In this document: positions 37,905-45,569 of the stretch, piece by piece | Numbering within the stretch: position 1 is the first letter of the stretch | How the letters are laid out: each line of letters starts with the position of its first letter | Origin: Acidimicrobiia bacterium | Lineage (GTDB): Bacteria; Actinomycetota; Acidimicrobiia; Spongiisociales; UBA11373 | Direction: 5' to 3' | Assembly (NCBI GenBank): GCA_046714175.1 | Contig: JBKKBI010000069.1 | Location: 490-64,489, forward strand | DNA: 64,000 nt | The notes under the pieces: model-generated | Databases searched by the model: none | Told to the model about the DNA's origin: nothing | Seen by the model: the letters and a program-made list of their open reading frames with translations, nothing else | Program-made: the position numbers and the translations under genes

Positions 37905-38727
37905 CGTGGAGACGGAACTTCTCTTTGACGCTGCTGGCGAAGTTCCCCGGCCGGAGCCGGATGAGTCGTACCGGCCGGGGCCCGCGCACCACGCTGATGG
38001 TGTCGCCCGGGCGCAGGTCGCCATGGTGCCGTCCGTCGACGTTGGCGCGGGCGGCGCGGTCGGATGTGATCGTGATGTCGAGGCGGACCTCGGGTCCGAA
38101 CACGATCGGTCGTCCGAAAAGGTTGTGCGGAGCGACGGCGGTGAGGATCAGCGCTTGAATCTCCGGATCCACGAGAGGACCCCCGGCCGAGAAGGTGTAG
38201 GCGGTGGATCCGGTGGGGCTGGCCACGATGACGGCGTCGGTGCGGTACTCCACCAGTTCCTCGCCGGCCACGGCGATGCCGATCCCGACCACCTGGCGGC
38301 TGATCGCCTTTTCCACGACCAGGTCGTTGAGGCCGGTGACGACGCGGCCATCCGGCATTGTGGCGGCGACGGTCATCCGGGTCGAGATCCGGTAGTCGCC
38401 GGCCGCGATCCGGTCGAGCGCGGCGGCGATCTGGGCCGGCTCCACCTCGGCCAGAAATCCGACGTTGCCCGCATTGACCCCGAGGAGCGGAAGATCCCAC
38501 TCCCGGCTCAGATGGCTGGCCTCGAGCACGGTTCCATCGCCCCCGATGGCGACGACGATGTCGCCCGGCGGTCCCGAAGAGTCCCATACCCCCACTGTTG
38601 GCATCCGCGCCGCATCGCCCTCTTCGGCTACCGCCTCGATCCCACGCTCTGCGGCCGCTGCGGCCAGTGCCGCACCGATCTCCGCCGACGACTCCCGGGC
38701 CGGATGCAGCACCAGAGCCAACTTCAT
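37897..38727 (-). CDS. nadK: NAD kinase
   Basis: GGDGT and NxGxxGFL motifs (AIGGDGTVL, GVNAGNVGFLAEVE). The start MKLALVLHP at 38727 overlaps the tlyA stop (ATGA). Confidence 0.9.
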   Translation of the reverse strand: MKLALVLHPARESSAEIGAALAAAAAERGIEAVAEEGDAARMPTVGVWDSSGPPGDIVVAIGGDGTVLEASHLSREWDLPLLGVNAGNVGFLAEVEPAQIAAALDRIAAGDYRISTRMTVAATMPDGRVVTGLNDLVVEKAISRQVVGIGIAVAGEELVEYRTDAVIVASPTGSTAYTFSAGGPLVDPEIQALILTAVAPHNLFGRPIVFGPEVRLDITITSDRAARANVDGRHHGDLRPGDTISVVRGPRPVRLIRLRPGNFASSVKEKFRLHDA

Positions 38728-39503
38728 CGCGACCACCCGGCAAGGAGCCCTTCGGTGTCCACGGGAGCGGCACCGTGCACTGCATGGAGGAGAAACTCCA
38801 GGTTGCCCTTGGCGCCGCGGACCGGCGACTCGAGCAGCCGCTGCGGACCGAGACCTGCTGTGGCCAGGGCTCCGGCCACGGCGCGCACTGCGCCGGCGTG
38901 CACCTCGGGATCGCGCACGATGCCGCCCGAACCCACCGCGCCCCGGCCGGCTTCGAACTGTGGCTTGACGAGCACCACGTAGTCGGTGGCGGCGGCTCCG
39001 GCAGCTGCGAGATTGGCGGCGAGACGAGTGACCGAGATGAACGAGACATCCACCACCACTATGTCGAAAGGCGCCCCCAGTGCGGCGAGGTCTGCCGTGC
39101 GAAAGTTGGTGCGGTCATGGACCTCGACTCTGGGGTCGGTGCGCAGCCGCCACACCATTTGGCCGTAGCCGACGTCGACCGCGGCCACGGACGCCGCCCC
39201 CCGGGCCAGCAGGACATCCGTGAACCCCCCGGTGGAGGCGCCGACATCGAGCGCCCGGCGGTCGGAGACGACTATGTCGAACTGGGTCAGGGCGGCGTCG
39301 AGCTTGTCCCCTGCCCGGCTCGCCCAGCGAGTCGCGTCATCGAGGGTGATCGGGTCTTCGGGGGCGACGAGCGTGGCGGGGCGTGCCGCCGGGTTACCGG
39401 CGACGGAAACCCCTCCGACCGAAATCAGACGATGGGCTTCCGACCGGGTGGCGACCAGCCCGCGGCGCACCAACTCGGCGTCAAGCCTGCGGCGCGCCGG
39501 CAT
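38724..39503 (-). CDS. tlyA: TlyA family rRNA 2'-O-methyltransferase / haemolysin
   Basis: An S4-like N-terminus (RLDAELVRRGL) is followed by FtsJ-like motifs ALDVGASTGGFTDVLL and VDVSFIS. Confidence 0.85.
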   Translation of the reverse strand: MPARRRLDAELVRRGLVATRSEAHRLISVGGVSVAGNPAARPATLVAPEDPITLDDATRWASRAGDKLDAALTQFDIVVSDRRALDVGASTGGFTDVLLARGAASVAAVDVGYGQMVWRLRTDPRVEVHDRTNFRTADLAALGAPFDIVVVDVSFISVTRLAANLAAAGAAATDYVVLVKPQFEAGRGAVGSGGIVRDPEVHAGAVRAVAGALATAGLGPQRLLESPVRGAKGNLEFLLHAVHGAAPVDTEGLLAGWSR

Positions 39504-39636
39504 CTTCGCCTTCCTCCACCAGGGCGGCGCCGAGGCGGGCGGCCACCTCGTCGGCCAATACGACCGCGGTGGCGGGGTCGGAGGCTTCCAGGGCGGAGAG
39601 CAGCGACTCGGTGGGCGTATCATCCATGGGCGCCAT
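39481..39636 (-). CDS. Small acidic protein upstream of tlyA (51 aa)
   Basis: MAPMDDTPTESLLSALEASDPATAVVLADEVAARLGAALVEEGEDAGAPQA. It takes the position of the small conserved gene upstream of tlyA in mycobacteria. It was read as the tail of artefactual ORF 39481..40509. Confidence 0.35.
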   Translation of the reverse strand: MAPMDDTPTESLLSALEASDPATAVVLADEVAARLGAALVEEGEDAGAPQA

Positions 39637-39666
39637 TATCCACGTCCGCGGCGACAGGTTGCACCA

Positions 39667-40398
39667 TTGCTCCCCATCCGTGATGTCAACCCGACACTCA
39701 TCCGGCCCCTGGTCACCTGGGGGATCATCGCCGCCAACGTCTTCATCTTTTGGGCGGTGCAGCCCCAGGAGTCCCCGGCCGCCGACGAGTTCGCCTACCG
39801 CAACGCCGCCATTGCCTGCGAACTCACCACCGGCGAGCCCCTCGACGCCTTCGAGGTCGGCACCGGAGCCTGCCTGGATCGAAATCAGGGTCCGGCGCTC
39901 TTCCCACAGAAGAGCCTGTGGTTCAGCGCGGTGGCGTCGATGTTCCTCCACGCCGGCATCGCCCACATCCTGTTCAACATGTGGAGCCTGTGGATCTTCG
40001 GCAACAATGTCGAGGAGGCGTTCGGGCACATCGGGTACATCGCGTTCTATCTGGCTGCCGGGCTGGCTGCCACTGCCGGGTTCGTGCTCGCCGAACCGGA
40101 CACGACGGTTCCCCTGGTTGGCGCCTCCGGTGCCATCGCCGGGGTGATGGGCGCCTATCTGGTTCTCTTCCCCAAACATCTCATCCTGACCCTGATCCTG
40201 ATCCGCGCCGTCGCCATCCCCGCAGTAGTTTTTCTCGCCCTCTGGTTCGGGAGCCAGTTCCTCATGGCCGGGGAGGCATCCGGTATCGCCTGGCAGGCCC
40301 ACGTCGCCGGATTCGCCTTCGGGGCCCTGGTCGCGCTGGCGTTGCGCCGGCGACTGTTGTCGCGAATCGGGGCTCGCCCGGTCGACCTCTATTCCTAA
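39667..40398 (+). CDS. Rhomboid family intramembrane serine protease
   Basis: GASGAIAGVMGAY (catalytic Ser) and the AHVAGFAFG His helix. A TTG start at 39667 was chosen. The N-terminal 150 aa of ORF 39220.. was rejected. Confidence 0.8.
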   Translation: MLPIRDVNPTLIRPLVTWGIIAANVFIFWAVQPQESPAADEFAYRNAAIACELTTGEPLDAFEVGTGACLDRNQGPALFPQKSLWFSAVASMFLHAGIAHILFNMWSLWIFGNNVEEAFGHIGYIAFYLAAGLAATAGFVLAEPDTTVPLVGASGAIAGVMGAYLVLFPKHLILTLILIRAVAIPAVVFLALWFGSQFLMAGEASGIAWQAHVAGFAFGALVALALRRRLLSRIGARPVDLYS

Positions 40399-41183
40399 AG
40401 CAGCCCGGGTAGCTCGGCCACCGACGGCAGGATCACGTCGGGCTGCCATGGCGGCGGGACCGTCGATGGATTCCGCCACACCCCGGTTAGAACCAAGACC
40501 GCGAGCCAACCCCCGGCGCGGGCCAAGGCGACGTCGGTCTCGGGGCGGTCCCCCACCACCCAGGTGGCGCCGGGGCGGAGCCGGCTCTGCACCAGGCCGA
40601 GCATCGCTGCATGCGGCTTCCCGGCAACCTCGGCCGGCAAGCCGGTGGCTGCGGTGACCGCCGCTAGCAGCGCACCCGCTCCGGGGAGGTCGCCCGCCGG
40701 ATCGGGGAAGGTGACGTCGTCGTTGCTGGCGACGAGGCGGGCACCGCGCGATACCGCGCGGATGGCGAGCGAGAGGCGCTTGTAGTCGAAGCTGCGATCG
40801 AGACCGACGACGACCGAGGCCGCGGCGTCGGGATCGTCGGTGAGCGCGATCCCGGCTGCCTCCAATTCGGCCCGCAGACCGGTCTCACCGACGACCAGTG
40901 CCGGCGAGTCGGTCGGCCCCAGCATCACGGCCGCAGCCATCGCCGATGTCACTACTCGCTCCGGGGCCACGGTCAGCTCGAGGGCCTCGCCGAGATGGGT
41001 CGCGACAAAGGCCGCGCTGCGGGTCGAGTTATTGGTGGCGATCAGCCACTGGATTCCGAGGTCGTTGAGCCGGATCAGGGTCTGGCGCGCGCCTGGAATC
41101 GCACGGCCGCGGAGAGTGAGGCACCCATCCACGTCGAATACGACATTGCTCGGCGGCGGCAACGACGCTACAACCTCACCCAT
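40395..41183 (-). CDS. HAD-IIA family hydrolase (NagD-like phosphatase)
   Basis: VVFDVDGCLT motif I, ATNNS motif II and a C-terminal GDRPETD. Length is 262 aa. Confidence 0.8.
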   Translation of the reverse strand: MGEVVASLPPPSNVVFDVDGCLTLRGRAIPGARQTLIRLNDLGIQWLIATNNSTRSAAFVATHLGEALELTVAPERVVTSAMAAAVMLGPTDSPALVVGETGLRAELEAAGIALTDDPDAAASVVVGLDRSFDYKRLSLAIRAVSRGARLVASNDDVTFPDPAGDLPGAGALLAAVTAATGLPAEVAGKPHAAMLGLVQSRLRPGATWVVGDRPETDVALARAGGWLAVLVLTGVWRNPSTVPPPWQPDVILPSVAELPGLL

Positions 41184-42165
41184 GCTGGCTCCCTTCGCCG
41201 CCCATCTTCCCGCCGTTGGCGATGCGATGACCCGGGATGAGGCCGCGGCGGCGTCGCGGGCCCTGCGGCACGCGGCGGCACGCTACCAGTCGTCCGCCGA
41301 GCTTCCCGAGCTGACGGCGTTTCGAACGTGTGGTCCGGCGCTATACCACTACTCGGTCACCTCGCCGCGCGGCCTGGTGGTGTCGGGACTGGTGGGCCTG
41401 GTGCACGTGGCGTCCCTACTCCCCCACGAAGAGACGATTCGCGAAGCCGAGGACCGGGAGGCTGCGGACATGGAGATCCGGCCGCTACTGGCCATCAGCC
41501 GGGTCAGCCTCCCGGCGACGGTCCCGGTCGGTGCGCCGTCGGAGGTCCGGTATGGGGCGTTCCTGCACCGCGCGGTGCCGGTGGCTCACCAGGGCGGTCT
41601 CGACCTCGGGCCACTTGTGCTCGCCGACGGGCACCACCGCAGGCGGGCGGCGATGCGCCGCGACGGAGACGGCGCACAGGCGATGACACTGGTGGTGGGA
41701 GACTCGGGCCGCGGGCTGCGGGCCAACGCCTTCCAGCGCCGCCTCCTCGCCGCCGGCCCGCTGCCGGCATCCGCCGCCGATAGCTTCGAGATCGCATCTC
41801 TCCCCCGGGCCGCGCCGCGGGCGGGAGCCGTGGTATGGGTGCAGCCGCCAGGGCCGCCGCAACTCCTGACCCCCCGACCCGAGGCCCTCTTGCGGATGGC
41901 AGAGCCATTGCGCACGATCGGTGCCGCGGTCGCGGCGGCGTTGCTGTACCCGCTCCTCGGCGTCACCCAGGAACGGATCGAGCACTTTGCCACTCCGACG
42001 AGTGCCATCGCCGCGCTACGGGGCAGCGATGCCGCCGTGCTGCTGCCCGCGGTGCGGATCTCCGCCGTGCTGGCGGCCGCGGCCGCCGGGGTCTTGCTCC
42101 CACCCAAGGGATCGCGCTTCGAGCCCAAGCCGGTGCGCGGCCTGGTGGTGCGGGCGGCGGGTTAG
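41182..42165 (+). CDS. DUF1015 domain-containing protein
   Basis: In-frame ATG at 41182 (MLAPFAAHLP...). LADGHHR and the C-terminal LPPKGSRFEPKPVRGLV look like DUF1015. The upstream 114 aa of ORF 40840.. was rejected. Confidence 0.5.
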   Translation: MLAPFAAHLPAVGDAMTRDEAAAASRALRHAAARYQSSAELPELTAFRTCGPALYHYSVTSPRGLVVSGLVGLVHVASLLPHEETIREAEDREAADMEIRPLLAISRVSLPATVPVGAPSEVRYGAFLHRAVPVAHQGGLDLGPLVLADGHHRRRAAMRRDGDGAQAMTLVVGDSGRGLRANAFQRRLLAAGPLPASAADSFEIASLPRAAPRAGAVVWVQPPGPPQLLTPRPEALLRMAEPLRTIGAAVAAALLYPLLGVTQERIEHFATPTSAIAALRGSDAAVLLPAVRISAVLAAAAAGVLLPPKGSRFEPKPVRGLVVRAAG

Positions 42166-43499
42166 ACCAGAGCGCCGAGGTCCGCCACGATCTGCAAGTA
42201 CAAATCGGCGGTCATGCCCAACGACTCTTCCGAGACCCGCTCATCGGGCCCGTGGAACATGCCCAGGAAGTCTCCGAACCCAATCCGGTCGTCGAACATC
42301 CCCACCCCATATGCCACGACCCCCCGCGGGCGGAAGAACCGGGCATCAGTACCCACGGGACTCAGTGCCGGGATGAGGTGGGTCCCCGGGGCGATCGTGT
42401 TCACCGCTCGCCCGATCGCCTCCCAGAGCGGACCCTCCGCTGCGGAGCCCCCGGCGAGCGTGGTCTCCATCTCCTCGTAGCCGACTGAGTCCCACAGTGA
42501 GCCGAGCACCTTGCGGAAGTGCTCCGCGACGTAGTGGGCATCCTGGCCGGAGAGCGCTCTCACGTCGATCTCGGCCATGGCGCGATCCGGGATGACGTTC
42601 GCCTTCACCCCTCCCGAGAAGACGTTGGGACTCACGGTAAGGCGGGTACCGGCGTGGATCCAGCGGGCCAGGCCGAGGTCGCGGGTTGCGATGCGAGCGA
42701 TGGCGCCGTCGACCCGCGCCGGGTCGATGAGATCGGCGGCGAGGTCGGGAGCGGGATCCCAGGCTGCCACGAAGCGAACCCACTCGGGAGTGATCTCAGG
42801 CGATGGTGGCGCGGACTCGAGCAGCGAAATCGCCCGGGCCAGGGGAACGACGGCGTTGTCCGCGTGGAGCGGCTGGCTGCCGTGTCCGGCGGTGCCGCTA
42901 GTGCGCAGCCGCCGCCACTGCGGACCCTTCTCCGCAACGACCACCGGCACTCCAGCTCCAGTTCGACCCGCGAGGCGGGGAGCGCCGATCTCGGTGATGA
43001 GCCAATCGGTCGCAACCGCCTCCCAGTGCTCGTGCACCAACCAACGGGCGCCGAGGCGGCCCCCGGCCTCCTCGTCGGCGACGGCGAGGAACACCAGGTC
43101 GCCCGGGTAGCGCCACCCCGAAGTGATGAGGTGGCGAAACATCGCGGCCATCGCCGCGGCCTGGCCGAGCATGTCGATCGCCCCCCGACCCCAGACGAAA
43201 CCGTCACGCCGCTCGCCGGCAAAGGGATCGATCGACCACCCGGCGGGATCGGCGGGCACCACGTCGGTGTGCGCCATGAAAGTGAGCGTCGGGGCGGAGC
43301 CGGCACCCGGCATCCGGTAGACCGCGCTCACCCTCCCTGGCGCGGGCTCGAAGCGCTCGCCCGGGGTGCCCAGATAGGCGTCGAGGGTCTCCACGGAGCG
43401 CACCTCGCCTCCGGAAGCCGCGGAGCCATCGTTGACACAAGCGTTGCGGATCAGCGCCTGCAGCAGCTCGGCGACTTCACCGGCAGCGACACCACTCAT
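42162..43499 (-). CDS. M20 family metallopeptidase (dipeptidase/deacylase)
   Basis: HTDVVPA and LAVADEEAGG metal ligands, with a dimerisation domain. The MSGVAAGEV start was chosen. The 107-aa 5' extension was rejected. Confidence 0.8.
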   Translation of the reverse strand: MSGVAAGEVAELLQALIRNACVNDGSAASGGEVRSVETLDAYLGTPGERFEPAPGRVSAVYRMPGAGSAPTLTFMAHTDVVPADPAGWSIDPFAGERRDGFVWGRGAIDMLGQAAAMAAMFRHLITSGWRYPGDLVFLAVADEEAGGRLGARWLVHEHWEAVATDWLITEIGAPRLAGRTGAGVPVVVAEKGPQWRRLRTSGTAGHGSQPLHADNAVVPLARAISLLESAPPSPEITPEWVRFVAAWDPAPDLAADLIDPARVDGAIARIATRDLGLARWIHAGTRLTVSPNVFSGGVKANVIPDRAMAEIDVRALSGQDAHYVAEHFRKVLGSLWDSVGYEEMETTLAGGSAAEGPLWEAIGRAVNTIAPGTHLIPALSPVGTDARFFRPRGVVAYGVGMFDDRIGFGDFLGMFHGPDERVSEESLGMTADLYLQIVADLGALV

Positions 43500-43849
43500 G
43501 CCGTTCGCTCCAAGAGCGACTCCTTCCACGTGCGGAAGCGAGTGTGGATGCTGCCCCCTGGCCCGACCCCGCGGCCGGTTTTTCCGTGTAGATCGAACCT
43601 GAAGCACTCGCCGTTGTCGGCGGCGATGGCGAGGTACCGAGCCTCGCCCACGGCAGGTCCGGCACGCCACAGCAGGAACCGTCCCAGGCGCCTCTTGTAC
43701 GCCACCGGTTCGCCCAGGGCCTCCCCCAGGGATAGCAGTTCTGGCGGCGCCTCGATCCAGGATGTCGCGGCGATGCTGTAGTCGCGTGTCGGGGTCGCCG
43801 GCAGTTCGGCGGTGTGCCAACGGCCAACGCGAAAGGGGCGCTCGCTCAC
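43496..43849 (-). CDS. Hypothetical protein
   Basis: 117 aa with good GC3 and ATGA overlaps to both neighbours. No motif recognised. Confidence 0.4.
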   Translation of the reverse strand: MSERPFRVGRWHTAELPATPTRDYSIAATSWIEAPPELLSLGEALGEPVAYKRRLGRFLLWRAGPAVGEARYLAIAADNGECFRFDLHGKTGRGVGPGGSIHTRFRTWKESLLERTA

Positions 43850-44340
43850 TCCGAACCGCTGCGATGCATCACGATGGAGCGAGCCTTGAATCCATTGGCC
43901 TCGAAGAAATTCTTTGCTTCGCGATGCCCCGGGGAGACATAGGCGTCGAAGCGAGTGATGCCGCGCTCGCCGGCCTCGGCGAGAAACGCCACCGTCATCG
44001 CCTCACCAACCCCGACTCCCCGGGCCGCGACCTCAGTAAAGATGAACCGGACCGCGGCTACCCGGTCCCCGCCCGCCTGCGGGAGCATCGCCTCGTCGCG
44101 CCACGCCACGAACCCGACCGGCACCTCCCCGAGCAAACCCACGATGAGATTCCAATCCGGGTCGGCGAACCACGCCGCCAGCGTGGTGGCGACTGGCTCC
44201 GCGATGCCATCGATCAGCGGCCACGGCTCGCGCAGCGCGGCCATCTCGTCTGCCAGCAACCGATAGAGGCGGGCTATCTCCGGCAGGTCCTCGCGGCTTG
44301 CGGGCCGGGCACCGGCTGCGGCGGCATCGTTATCAGACAC
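43846..44340 (-). CDS. GNAT family N-acetyltransferase
   Basis: The acetyl-CoA binding motif VAARGVGVGEAM (R/Q-x-x-G-x-G/A). Length is 164 aa. Confidence 0.75.
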   Translation of the reverse strand: MSDNDAAAAGARPASREDLPEIARLYRLLADEMAALREPWPLIDGIAEPVATTLAAWFADPDWNLIVGLLGEVPVGFVAWRDEAMLPQAGGDRVAAVRFIFTEVAARGVGVGEAMTVAFLAEAGERGITRFDAYVSPGHREAKNFFEANGFKARSIVMHRSGSE

Positions 44341-44779
44341 AGTCGCGGCAGAACTTGCGCCGCTTGTCGGCGAGTTGGCTCGTGCGCTTCACCAGGAAGC
44401 AGTTCTGGCAAACGAACTCGCCCTTGCCGGCGGATTCTGCCGGCGTGTCGAGCTCGATCGCCTCACGCCGCAGCTTGCGGATCTCCTCGGCCTCGTCCAC
44501 TGGGAGGCTCTCCGCTTCCTCATCGGCGGTGAGCATCTCCAACTCCTCGGCTTCGAGCTCGTCGAGGGCCTCGCGCTCTTCGTCCTCCTCGACCTCAGCT
44601 TCGACCTCGTCGGTCCCGACCACGTCGCCTTCGAGAATCTTCTCCAAGTCCTCTTCTTCGACCTCGGCTGGCACGAATCCGGCGTCGTCGATGTCGGCTT
44701 CCGCGACCTCTTCGGCTTCGTCGGCGTCGTCGACCCACCCGTCATCGGCGGGGACGAGGTCCTTGTTTTTCGGAGACAT
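44333..44779 (-). CDS. DUF4193 family protein (acidic N-terminus, C-terminal zinc ribbon)
   Basis: A highly acidic N-terminal half, then FVCQNCFLVKRTSQLADKRRKFCRDC with a CxxC...CxxC. Confidence 0.7.
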   Translation of the reverse strand: MSPKNKDLVPADDGWVDDADEAEEVAEADIDDAGFVPAEVEEEDLEKILEGDVVGTDEVEAEVEEDEEREALDELEAEELEMLTADEEAESLPVDEAEEIRKLRREAIELDTPAESAGKGEFVCQNCFLVKRTSQLADKRRKFCRDCV

Positions 44780-44825
44780 GCGCCTTCTCGGGGTCGGGGC
44801 GGGGCGAGTATATCCCCCGGGGCCA

Positions 44826-45569
44826 TCAGATCAGGAGCGTGGTGCGACCGGGGAGCAGCCGTACCGCAAAGCTCCCGTACCCGACCCGGAGGCGATCCGC
44901 CGTCACCCCCCAAGAGTCTGGGACGGCGACCACCGCGGCGGCGGTCCGGATCTGCCGCACCCCGGGGTCGCGACCGTGGAGTCCGGCCGGGAGGCGGCGG
45001 CGGAGTCGTACCAGGTCGAGCGTGGCGCCGGAGAAGGTTTGGATCTCGAACAGTGAGTCATTGGGGGCGGATCGAGGTGACAGGGTCCAGCGTCCCCAAT
45101 GCTGGAGATTGGACACGGTCACGGCGCGAGCGTCCCGCTCCCGAGGTTGGCGCCCGGGAACTGCCACGGTAATGCTCGCGGCGGCGCCGGCCCAGGGGAA
45201 CCCGGCCCCGCCCCCGGCTCCCGCTCCCGCAACAACTGTGCCCAAGAATGGCCGCTCCGCCCCGCCGAGCGAGAGCATCCCCAGGTCGACCTCGTACCGC
45301 TGGCCGGTGTGGAGCCGGTCCCAGGCGGCGCCAAACGACGGGTCGACCGCAAACAATCGGCTTAGCTCGGCTGCGGTGGCGAAGGCGATCGCGGTCGCGA
45401 CCGGAACCGCAGCGGCGATCGCAGCCACATCGGCGGTGGAGCCGACCACCAAGACTTGGTCGGGCGCCGCCGGCGCCGCGACGAACTCGCGGTATCCCAT
45501 CACCTCCACAGGAGACGGAGTGCGGCGCGGGCGGCGCTGGCCGTCGCCGATCACCACCGTCGCCGTCAC
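44826..45569 (-). CDS. Degenerate diacylglycerol-kinase-like (DAGK_cat/YegS-like) protein
   Basis: VLVVGSTADVAAIAAAV aligns to where the GGDGT motif normally is. YEVDLGMLSLGGAERPFLGTVVAGAGAGG resembles the DAGK_cat C-terminal half. The GGDGT motif itself is not conserved. The match is inferred by eye. Confidence 0.4.
   Translation of the reverse strand: MTATVVIGDGQRRPRRTPSPVEVMGYREFVAAPAAPDQVLVVGSTADVAAIAAAVPVATAIAFATAAELSRLFAVDPSFGAAWDRLHTGQRYEVDLGMLSLGGAERPFLGTVVAGAGAGGGAGFPWAGAAASITVAVPGRQPRERDARAVTVSNLQHWGRWTLSPRSAPNDSLFEIQTFSGATLDLVRLRRRLPAGLHGRDPGVRQIRTAAAVVAVPDSWGVTADRLRVGYGSFAVRLLPGRTTLLI

Noticed and set aside
37358-39049. 563-aa minus-strand ORF rich in P/R/G
   Set aside because: It is out of frame with recN, nadK and tlyA on the same strand. 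It is low-complexity, whereas the real genes carry clear motifs.
42519-43781. 420-aa plus-strand ORF
   Set aside because: It is antisense to the M20 peptidase gene.
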